Source: a candidate division WOR-3 bacterium (lineage in GTDB: Bacteria; Hydrothermota; Tepidihabitantia; Tepidihabitantales; Tepidihabitantaceae). Taken from it: a DNA stretch of 64,000 nt. The notes beneath the pieces are model-generated. The model was given only the letters and a program-made list of their open reading frames with translations. It was not told where the DNA came from and did not search any database. Numbering within the stretch: the first letter of the stretch is position 1; each line of letters opens with the position of its first letter. This document shows, in pieces, positions 9,256-17,210 of the stretch. Location of the stretch: assembly GCA_965648905.1 (NCBI GenBank), contig CBFGIT010000004.1, positions 81,433 through 145,432 of the forward strand, given 5' to 3'. The position numbers were made by a program, and so were the translations under genes.

Positions 9256-10412
9256 TCCGTCTTTATCGCCTCGATCGGCCTGATGCTGGCGGCACGCAGC
9301 GCCGGATAGAGCCCGGCGAGGAGGCCGAGCACAATCGAGAGCCCGATGCAAGCAAGCATCGTCAGGACCGAGAGCCCGATGAGCGAGCCCTCAGGCGCGA
9401 AGGGTATCATCCCGCGAATCAGCTCCTCGACCAGGCGTGAGGACCCGAGCGCGATGAGCACGCCGACCGCGCCGCCGCTCGCTGTGGTGAGGATAGTCTC
9501 GGCCCACGTCAGCTTGAACACGTCGCCGCGCGAGCCGCCCATCGCCTTCATCATTCCGATCTCCCGGGTCCGCTCGAACACCGCCATCAGCACCGTATTC
9601 AGTACCCCCACGCCGCCGAGGATGATGGCGATGAAGATGACTGCCGACACGAATACCCGGGTACTCGCCATCAACTGCCCGATCGTGCCGAGCAGCTCGG
9701 TCAGCGGGAATACGTTCATGTCCACTTCGCTCGCCTTGAGCGAGGCGACGAGATTATCAGTCTGGTCCACCTTCCGGGCCTTGATGAGGATCAACACCAG
9801 CTTGCCTTCGAGCCCGGAAATCCGCTGCAGGGTCTTGCGTGGCATGAAGACGAACCCGTCGTCCTGGGTATTGGTGCGATTGACCACGGCGCTCACCCGC
9901 AGGGTCACGTTCTTCTCCGGCAGGGTCCACCGGTCGCCGGGCTCCAGTCCTGTCTCCTCGGCCACCGACGAACCCAGGATGATGCTTGAATCCGATGCGA
10001 ACCACGCACCGCGCAGCTCCCATGCCGGCCGCAGATGCATGTAGTCCTCGTCGATGCCGAGCATGATGACGTTTCTGCCGCCGGGCTGGAACACCGCGTC
10101 CATTATCACGCCCGCGGCTTCGGCCACGCCCGGGTCGGCCTTCACTTTGTCCAGCAACCCCTCGTCCATGTAGCGCGGCCATTTACCGCCGTGCAGCGCG
10201 ATCGTCGCCGCCTCATACGGGCAGCCTTTGGGCACGACCATGACGTGCGCGCCCAGGGCCCCGAGCTCGCCTTTGAGCCGCGACTGGTAGCCCTGCTGGA
10301 ACTCAAACAGCGAGTACAGCACCGCGATCGCAATCGCCACACCCAAGACGGTCAATATGGTCCGAATCGGGCGCCGGGCTAGGTTCTTGAACGCCAGCAC
10401 GAACCAGGTCAT
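9252..10412 (-). CDS. ABC transporter permease (MacB/FtsX family)
   Basis: FKNLARRPIRTILT, NTVLMAVFERTREIGMMKAMG, YPALRAA; periplasmic GCPYEAA. Confidence 0.92.
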   Translation of the reverse strand: MTWFVLAFKNLARRPIRTILTVLGVAIAIAVLYSLFEFQQGYQSRLKGELGALGAHVMVVPKGCPYEAATIALHGGKWPRYMDEGLLDKVKADPGVAEAAGVIMDAVFQPGGRNVIMLGIDEDYMHLRPAWELRGAWFASDSSIILGSSVAEETGLEPGDRWTLPEKNVTLRVSAVVNRTNTQDDGFVFMPRKTLQRISGLEGKLVLILIKARKVDQTDNLVASLKASEVDMNVFPLTELLGTIGQLMASTRVFVSAVIFIAIILGGVGVLNTVLMAVFERTREIGMMKAMGGSRGDVFKLTWAETILTTASGGAVGVLIALGSSRLVEELIRGMIPFAPEGSLIGLSVLTMLACIGLSIVLGLLAGLYPALRAASIRPIEAIKTE

Positions 10413-10415
10413 CGG

Positions 10416-11576
10416 CTACTCGCTCCTCAGCGCTTTGATCGGCTTGGCACGCGCGGCGCGCAGCGCCGGGTAGAAGCCAGCGACGACCGCGATGCCAAGG
10501 ACAAATGCCAGCACCAGCAGGAAACTGCCGGGCTCGAGCGCCACCACGCTGCCCCTGGGCGCGAGCGGCAGGAATCTCTTCACCACATTCTCGATGAGCC
10601 GCCCGCCGACCACTGCGAGCCCGAGCCCGCCGGCCCCGCCGAGCAGCGCCAAGATCAGCGTCTCAAGCCAGACCAGTCCGAAGATGTGCATCTCACTCGC
10701 TCCGGTCGCACGCATCACGCCGATATCGCGCGTCCGCTCGAATACCGACATCAGGACGGTATTGAGCACGCCGAGAGCCGAGATGACGATGATAATCAGC
10801 ACGATCGAGAGCAGGAGCGAGCGGGCCGCACCCATCAGGGTCATCATCGTGCCGAGCAACTCGCCCATCGTGATTACCTCGGCACCCTTGATGCCTGCGA
10901 GCCTGGCCGTGACTGTGGGCGCGTCCTCCGGGTCTTTGAGCCGGATCGAGATCGCGGTCAGCTTGCCCTCCTGCTTGAACAGCCGCTGCGCGGTCGCGAG
11001 CGGGATATGGAAGAACCCGTCGTCCTCGGTACCGGTTGGCGCCAGCCTGCCGACGACGTTGAACGTCGCATCTTCCTCGGGCAGGTAGAGCTGGTCCCCG
11101 ACCGACGAAAGCTCGATGAGCGAGACGTCGTGGCCGATGACCACGTCGTCGGGGTGTTCGAGGAACCTGCCTTCGATTTTCCACCAGTTCTTCAGTCGAA
11201 GCGTAGCCGAATCGATGCCGACGTAGATGTCGGTCCGTCCCTCTTCCGGCCGGATAACTCCGCTCATGAAGCTGGGCGCGGCAAGGTCGATTTCCGGTAT
11301 CTTGCGTACGTCGTCGAGCACCTCGGCCGGCAGGTAGCTCGGGATCTTGCCGCCCTTGAGGATAAGCGAAGCAGCCTCGTAGGGACAGCCGACCGGCACG
11401 ACCATCATGTGGATACCCATGCCCTGAAGTTGAGTCGTGAGCGCCTTCTCATACCCGCGATTGAACGAGACCAGAGTGAAGAGCACGGCCACCGCCATGA
11501 TCATGCTTGCCAGAGTCAGGACCGTCCGTGTCCGGTGCGCGAACAGGTTCTTGAAGGCGAACCGGGTGAAGTTCAC
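10416..11576 (-). CDS. ABC transporter permease (MacB/FtsX family)
   Basis: Paralog of the adjacent permease; GCPYEAA; FERTRDIGVMRATG. Confidence 0.92.
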   Translation of the reverse strand: MNFTRFAFKNLFAHRTRTVLTLASMIMAVAVLFTLVSFNRGYEKALTTQLQGMGIHMMVVPVGCPYEAASLILKGGKIPSYLPAEVLDDVRKIPEIDLAAPSFMSGVIRPEEGRTDIYVGIDSATLRLKNWWKIEGRFLEHPDDVVIGHDVSLIELSSVGDQLYLPEEDATFNVVGRLAPTGTEDDGFFHIPLATAQRLFKQEGKLTAISIRLKDPEDAPTVTARLAGIKGAEVITMGELLGTMMTLMGAARSLLLSIVLIIIVISALGVLNTVLMSVFERTRDIGVMRATGASEMHIFGLVWLETLILALLGGAGGLGLAVVGGRLIENVVKRFLPLAPRGSVVALEPGSFLLVLAFVLGIAVVAGFYPALRAARAKPIKALRSE

Positions 11577-12187
11577 TGGTCCTTCCCTATCCGGTTCAAC
11601 CCGAGCTCGTCGTGCACAACCAAGAGCTTACGCACGGCATTGGCCACGGCCTGCGAGGCCTTCTCCGCTCCCGGAGCCGCAGCCTTCAATCCGGTCCGGT
11701 CGTTCGTTCCTCGCCCCTCGTCATTCATCAACCGGAATTCGTCATTCACCCTCATGCCCCTGAATTGTCCAAGAAATTCCTGGCTGCGCAGCGCCGCCTT
11801 GGCCTTCTCCCGGTCGCGTTGGATGCGGACTTCTCTCACTGCGGTTCCGGACTCGGTCGGCACCACTGCCACGACGACCTCGATTGCCCCGAACTGGCCC
11901 TTGCCCGCATGGGTCATCACCGTGCCGACCTGCTTCCCACCTCGATACACCGGAAAGAACTTGAACTGGGTCTCGTCCGGGTCGAGCGCAAACCCCAGCC
12001 GCTTCTCGATGCGCGCGCGCTGTGCCGCGGAGATATCCGCGAACACCGTCCTGTAGCTGCCACCGGAGCCGAACATGCCCGCGATGTCCGAGTCCGGCTG
12101 CCGCCAGACACACAGCGCAGCGGTCACTTGGCCCGCGACGAGCCCAAGCGCCAGGCTAGAAGCGAACCACCAGTTGCGTCGCAACAT
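11573..12187 (-). CDS. Exported FMN-binding-domain-like protein
   Basis: Signal peptide; KGQFGAIEVVVAV...VREVRI...RE...FLGQFRG pattern of RnfG/FMN_bind-like domains. Confidence 0.6.
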   Translation of the reverse strand: MLRRNWWFASSLALGLVAGQVTAALCVWRQPDSDIAGMFGSGGSYRTVFADISAAQRARIEKRLGFALDPDETQFKFFPVYRGGKQVGTVMTHAGKGQFGAIEVVVAVVPTESGTAVREVRIQRDREKAKAALRSQEFLGQFRGMRVNDEFRLMNDEGRGTNDRTGLKAAAPGAEKASQAVANAVRKLLVVHDELGLNRIGKDQ

Positions 12188-13139
12188 GCCAGTGCCCTTC
12201 GCTGAAGCTCATCACGTCCGACCAGCCGCGCTGGTACAGCGTCTGGAGTTCGAACGCCGATACGTTGGGCGGGTACAGGTTCAGGCCGAGCGACAGGGTG
12301 TTGAGCCGGCCGCCGTCGGCGTGAAACCCGTCGACCTCGACCAGCGGTTCCAGCCAGTTGGCGATGGCATAGCGCGCTTCGGCGTAGTAGCCGTACACCG
12401 CCGCGACGCCCGTCGACCCGTCGCGGCCGGCCACCGCCTCCAGTCGCAGAGTCAAGGGGCCCCAGTCGGTTGTGTTGTCTAGACCGAACCGGTATTTTCT
12501 CTTGTATGACCGGGGACCCTCAACCTGCGCGACAATGCTGTCGATGTGCCAGTAGGGCAGCGAACCCGCGAGTCCGCTTGCGCCCAACGTCAGCTCGGCG
12601 TCGCCCAACAGAAACCTGGGCGCAACTCGAGCGGTGACGAGTTTGTTGCGGTCGTTGTCCATCCGGTCCGGTCCGTTGCCGTTGGACAACCATAGTGCAT
12701 ACTGCCATCGCTCGAGCGCGCCCAGCACGCCGACTCCGGGGTCGAGGCGCAGACCCAGAGTCCTGGCGAATGTCGTCTGAATGACCTGGGTGTGGACGTC
12801 ATAGTCTGCCAGCAGGCCGAACGGAACTACTGCCTGCCCGACGCGTGCTGTCGGCAGGGACAGGCCGAGTGGCACCAGCGCGTAGGCCTCACCGAAGTGG
12901 AATCCCCTCTGCCAGCCCGACATCACTCCGCTCGCGTAGACCTGCACCACTGCCCTGACGAGGTCCCTGGTCTCGCTCGTCACCTGCGCTTCGAGGAGTG
13001 CCTCGGCCGCCATCAGCTCAAAGCTTGAACCGGTCTGGTCGATCATGAATCGGGGATAGAGCGCTCCGCCCAGCCGGACGTACGTACCGGCCCAAGTCAG
13101 AGCCGCGAGCATGCCGACCACCAGACTAGCTCTGGTCAT
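12156..13139 (-). CDS. Putative outer-membrane beta-barrel/porin
   Basis: Signal peptide, alternating beta-strands, SNGNG...DNDRNK, C-terminal Phe (QLVVRF). Confidence 0.7.
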   Translation of the reverse strand: MTRASLVVGMLAALTWAGTYVRLGGALYPRFMIDQTGSSFELMAAEALLEAQVTSETRDLVRAVVQVYASGVMSGWQRGFHFGEAYALVPLGLSLPTARVGQAVVPFGLLADYDVHTQVIQTTFARTLGLRLDPGVGVLGALERWQYALWLSNGNGPDRMDNDRNKLVTARVAPRFLLGDAELTLGASGLAGSLPYWHIDSIVAQVEGPRSYKRKYRFGLDNTTDWGPLTLRLEAVAGRDGSTGVAAVYGYYAEARYAIANWLEPLVEVDGFHADGGRLNTLSLGLNLYPPNVSAFELQTLYQRGWSDVMSFSEGHWHVATQLVVRF

Positions 13140-13269
13140 GCTTCTCTTTCCGCTCCGGTCCGGGGCCGAGCGACCGCACCAGGAGCACGACCGACACCAC
13201 TATCAGTACCCCGAACAGCGCCACGACCGTGATGCCGCTAACCCTATGCAGACCATAGAAACCACACAT
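13126..13269 (-). CDS. Small single-pass membrane protein, 47 aa (not in ORF track)
   Basis: MCGFYGLHRVSGITVVALFGVLIVVSVVLLVRSLGPGPERKEKHDQS*; overlaps the porin start; directly after a sigma54-type promoter. Confidence 0.65.
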   Translation of the reverse strand: MCGFYGLHRVSGITVVALFGVLIVVSVVLLVRSLGPGPERKEKHDQS

Positions 13270-13282
13270 CTCAGATTAGCCT

Positions 13283-13299
13283 ATGCAAGCACCATGCCA
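13283..13299 (-). promoter_or_regulatory. Sigma54 (-24/-12) promoter
   Basis: TGGCATGGTGCTTGCAT matches TGGCAC-N5-TTGCW with exact GG-N10-GC spacing; palindromes TGTCTG-N8-CAGACA (13392-13411) and TGTCG-CTA-CGACA (13423-13435) lie upstream. Confidence 0.75.
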
Positions 13300-13498
13300 C
13301 GCGTCCCCCGACCCGCAAGGCACGCAATTTGCAGCCCCTCCGCGCCAAGGCCGCGCTGGAAGTCAACCTGGCCTGTGCGCTATGCTACAGTTGTCTGTGG
13401 GAAATCAGACAGGAACGCCCGGTGTCGCTACGACAGCCCGTGCTTCTTCATGCGGTGAAGCAGCGTCGCACGGGAAATGCCCAGCATCTCGGCCAGCA

Positions 13499-14437
13499 TC
13501 AGTCCGGCTCATGGCCGGGGTTGATGGTGAGTGAATCGAGGTCGCGGACCGTGGCGTAAGGCACATAGCCCTTAGCCCGGGCCCGGGCGTAGAAATCGTC
13601 GATGTGCTCGGGACGACGCACATAGTCGGTCACGAGCACGAGTCTGCCCGCCTGCCTGAATACGTCAAGTCCGGCAATCGCGACTGCAGTCTCCCCGGCT
13701 GACTTGGGGGCGTCGCCGTCGTACCACACATCTTCCCGGCCGATGCCGGTGACGGTCTGAACATAGTCCTGATGCCTGGACAGGGCTTCTGCGTTCTGCG
13801 GGAACACGCCGAACCCGGCCATTCCCGGCCGACTGCGGGCATGCGCTGCAATCGCCTTGACGAAGTCGACCATCTCCGTTTCCGCGGTTGTCCGGTTGAG
13901 CCCGCTTTCACCGCCCGGGCCCCAGTACTCATAGGTGTCCACAATATCAAGATACACACCGTCGAACCCTGCGCCGGTAATCTTGTCCAAGTAGGCGAAG
14001 ACGACTGACTGCCAGTCCGGGTCCCAATAGCGCACCTTATAGTTACCGAGCCATTCCGGGTTCGAGGGCCCAAGCCAGGCCGGAGCGCCCGGGTCCGGCT
14101 CGCCGTCGTGGTCTTCATCCCAGCTTTCCTGCCAGTACCAGCGGTAGTCTTCTGCCTCGCCGATGCTCAGATAGGCGAGCACCAGTTTGGGCCCGCCCGG
14201 GCCGGACTTCAGAACGGCGACCTGCTCGGCTGAGAGCCTTTGCTCATCGCTGCCGTCGAGCGAGTAGTCAATCACGCACAGGTCGAAGCACGTGTTGCTC
14301 ATTGCCTCAATGTCGACGTTCTGCAATTGGTAGGTGAAGTCGTTGACACTCTGCCAGTCAGGCGTACCCGTCCCTTCGCGGTTACACGCTAGAAACGCGG
14401 CCCAAACTGCCATTACACCCGCGCAGCGTATCAGCAT
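13499..14437 (-). CDS. MJ1477/TM1410-like glycoside hydrolase (GH114-related), probable lipoprotein
   Basis: FTYQLQN, LAYLSIGEAEDYRWYW, NPEWLGNYKVRYW, GFDGVYLDIVD, PQNAE; ATG 14437. Confidence 0.85.
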   Translation of the reverse strand: MLIRCAGVMAVWAAFLACNREGTGTPDWQSVNDFTYQLQNVDIEAMSNTCFDLCVIDYSLDGSDEQRLSAEQVAVLKSGPGGPKLVLAYLSIGEAEDYRWYWQESWDEDHDGEPDPGAPAWLGPSNPEWLGNYKVRYWDPDWQSVVFAYLDKITGAGFDGVYLDIVDTYEYWGPGGESGLNRTTAETEMVDFVKAIAAHARSRPGMAGFGVFPQNAEALSRHQDYVQTVTGIGREDVWYDGDAPKSAGETAVAIAGLDVFRQAGRLVLVTDYVRRPEHIDDFYARARAKGYVPYATVRDLDSLTINPGHEPD

Positions 14438-15378
14438 ACGTCCTGCTCCTTCGGTCCACTGGTCTGCGCAGCCACGAGCAGCAGGTTCAGCACGGCCAGC
14501 ACGATGAACCCGGCAAGTCCGGACACGCCGGCAAGCAGGTCGCTTCCCCCGGTCGTCATCAACAGCGCGAAACCGCGGAACGCGTTGAATGAGCCGTGGA
14601 ACACAGCAGCCGCGATAACCGAGCCGGTTCTGATTCTGATGAAGCTGAAAAGTGGAGCAAGCAGCATGCACCACAGGGTCATCATCCCGACGCCGGCAAC
14701 CGGATGCGACGGGTAGTTCAACCCCTGCAGTACCAAGGGCATATGCCACACGCCCCAGATGAACCCGATGAGCCAGGACGCACGCCAGAAACCGAACCCT
14801 GAGAGTTCGTGCCAGAGAAACCCACGCCACCCGAGTTCCTCGCCAAACCCGGCAACGGCATTGATGGTCACGCCTGCAACAAGCCCTTGGCCCAGAAGCA
14901 GCCAGAACGGATGCACAGGCAGACGGCTGAGCGCAGCACGCATCTCGTTCACCCGCTCGGGCGGGAGGATAGCGCTGAAGCGCTCGAACAGACCAGCCAT
15001 CTCGGTCGAGAAGCGAATTCCTGGCAGCAAAATGCTCACGCCGAGTGCGGCAAGGGTAATGCCGAGCGGGCCAAGCCACGCAGCCAGCCACCACCAGTTG
15101 AGCCTGAAACTGAGTCCGAGCGGTTCGACAACCGGCTCACGCCGCACGTGCCGCTGCACGACCAACGCGGCAACCATCGGCACCATCATGTAAGGCACGC
15201 CGACCGCGGCAGACAGCACATCACCTGTCAGCCTGCCACCGAGCAATCGGAACGCGCCGGCAAGAAACCAGCTCCCGCCAAAGGCAATCAAGAGGTAGAA
15301 CCCGACCGCACGCCAGTCAGGACCCCGCGCCGCACCTTCAGCTATCCCGCACTGCCCTGAACAAGACCGCGTGCTCAT
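14431..15378 (-). CDS. CPBP/CAAX-family intramembrane glutamic endopeptidase
   Basis: GEELGWRG, WGVWH, AAVFH; ATG 15378 follows TTGACA-16-TATCAT. Confidence 0.9.
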   Translation of the reverse strand: MSTRSCSGQCGIAEGAARGPDWRAVGFYLLIAFGGSWFLAGAFRLLGGRLTGDVLSAAVGVPYMMVPMVAALVVQRHVRREPVVEPLGLSFRLNWWWLAAWLGPLGITLAALGVSILLPGIRFSTEMAGLFERFSAILPPERVNEMRAALSRLPVHPFWLLLGQGLVAGVTINAVAGFGEELGWRGFLWHELSGFGFWRASWLIGFIWGVWHMPLVLQGLNYPSHPVAGVGMMTLWCMLLAPLFSFIRIRTGSVIAAAVFHGSFNAFRGFALLMTTGGSDLLAGVSGLAGFIVLAVLNLLLVAAQTSGPKEQDVC

Positions 15379-15599
15379 TATGCCGGATGATACAAAGGGG
15401 CGCGACGATGTCAAACCGCGGCTCGACGTGGCGGGCGCTGCCCGAGCGCAGGCGGCGGCAGAAACCACACTTCCGGCCGCTTCACTCGCGCCCCTGGCTG
15501 CGCAGCGGCCCTCGCATCCCCTTGCCGACCTTGTGGCCGAGCAGCGCATGACTGACCCGGCGTCATCCGTGGTGCTCGGCTAGGCGCAGGGTCAGGCCC

Positions 15600-15769
15600 T
15601 GGTGCGAACCCAAGACATGGCCATGCGTGGAATGCTCGCCCCAGCAGCAGACACAGATGTGCTCCAAGCGCCGGGAACTGGAACAACCCTAGCCGCAACC
15701 CAAGCCACTGGGGGAGTGGGGGTCCAGTCTGCAGCCATTTCCGACAACAGATTGCCAATTAGCGACTTA
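15600..15769. repeat. Degenerate 12-mer-periodic intergenic element ending in a YAAC-N17-STYA motif (copy A)
   Basis: A/C-rich tract, CTGGGGGA at 15708, CAAC-N17-CTTA at 15745-15769. Confidence 0.4.
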
Positions 15770-16137
15770 GGTTCGGTCTGGGGGGTGTGGGCGTCTTGCT
15801 TGATCAAGCAACTTCCACGCTGGTCCTGGAAGCACTGAGGGGCCTTTCGCCGTTCGCCTCTCGCTCCCCGCCATTCTGCAACCTAACCCTTGTGCTTTGA
15901 GCTTTGACTTGCGTGCCCTGAAAGCACTGCGTCTTCTCCTCTGCTTGACACGCCGGGCCCGGGCATCTATCATGACCGCGTGACCGAAACAGAAAGACGG
16001 CGATGGACGGCAGCCGGGCCGACGATGCCGGCTGGCGTCAATAGCACCGTAATGCGTCCCGGAATTCGCGAAATCCCATCGCCGAACGCGGGATGACCTT
16101 CGTGAAGTGTCCAGCTAGTACCTGAAGGAGCAGTTCA

Positions 16138-16932
16138 ATGCCTATAGCCAAGGTGAAGAGAGCTGATGGCTTCCATTGCTTCTTCTGCAACGCCAGCGTC
16201 GAAGGTGATGCAACTCTCTGCCCCGGATGCGGCAAGGAACTCCTCCCGGCGGACGAGGCACGTGAGGATATCCCTCCTGCGACCAGTGTCAGTCGGGCCG
16301 CTGTCGTCCGGAAACAGAAGCTAGCTTGGTGCGTTCACTGCCACAAGAGTGTCAGCCCCGCGGCCGAGGTCTGCCCTCACTGCGGACAGCCCAGCCCGGC
16401 ATCGACCGAGATGCACTGGTCGACGGCAGCCAGGCTCATCAGCGGTTGCCTCCTTGCCTTGGGACTGATTGTCTTGGGAGTATCAGCCCTTCTGTGGGGC
16501 AAGTCATGCAGTGCGCTAGCCAACCAGAAGCAGGCGGTCTACGTCAAGGACGTCACGGCCTACAAGGAAGGCTCCGGCGGACTCATGGTCTACTTCGTCC
16601 TAGCTGACGCGGACGGTGCGATGACCACTTCCGACGGGACAGTCACTCTTGTCATAACGCAGACCCGCATAAGCCTAGACCCAAACAACTACCGAACAAG
16701 GGAGACCGACGAGGTCTTGTACTCGACCAGCTTCAGAGTCCGGAAGAACGACTTCAGGAGAACCAAGATCGGTCTTGGCGCGTTCGCTCGTGACGGGACG
16801 CTTTATCCAGTCGGACGCATCACGTATTCTGCCTTCAGCAAGTACCCGTCTGAACTCACAGGGAAAGTCAGGATGTGGTTTCAGACGGCGGACGGCCGTA
16901 CCTTGGAAGGGGAAGGGAGTGTTATCTTCTAG
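16138..16932 (+). CDS. Double zinc-ribbon membrane protein
   Basis: CxxC pairs CFFC/CPGC and CVHC/CPHC, one TM helix, C-terminal soluble domain; RBS AAGGAG; upstream promoter TTGACA-17-TATCAT. Confidence 0.75.
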   Translation: MPIAKVKRADGFHCFFCNASVEGDATLCPGCGKELLPADEAREDIPPATSVSRAAVVRKQKLAWCVHCHKSVSPAAEVCPHCGQPSPASTEMHWSTAARLISGCLLALGLIVLGVSALLWGKSCSALANQKQAVYVKDVTAYKEGSGGLMVYFVLADADGAMTTSDGTVTLVITQTRISLDPNNYRTRETDEVLYSTSFRVRKNDFRRTKIGLGAFARDGTLYPVGRITYSAFSKYPSELTGKVRMWFQTADGRTLEGEGSVIF

Positions 16933-16981
16933 CGGGGGACACGTTTGATGTCAATCCGTGCGCTAGCCACTCTTCTCTGCG

Positions 16982-17014
16982 ACCGGGCTGACGATGGCAT
17001 CGGCCCGGTTCTTT
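16982..17014 (+). terminator. Probable intrinsic terminator
   Basis: ACCGGGC...GCCCGGT stem followed by TCTTT. Confidence 0.5.
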
Positions 17015-17210
17015 GCTGTCCCGTCTCTCTCGGTAGGTTGACGGCGCTGCGGGCACGTGGCGCCGGCAGTTAACAGACAAACGGGCGAAGCCAGAGGCTA
17101 AAGGCGAGAGCGCAGAGCAAGAACAGGCAGAAATGAGTCAAGCGCCAGAGGCCAAAGGCCAAAGCAGTGACATGACGGCGGGCGAGGGCAGCAGGACCGG
17201 AGCGCGGTCG

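Noticed and set aside
10686..12056. Long + strand ORF (456 aa), and similar long antisense ORFs at 8197-9063, 38807-40231, 42658-43935 and 60204-61610
   Set aside because: Shadow frames of well-supported opposite-strand genes in GC-rich DNA; no recognisable motifs
16983..17034. Hammerhead ribozyme (CTGACGA core)
   Set aside because: No stem II followed by GAAA; better explained as a terminator hairpin
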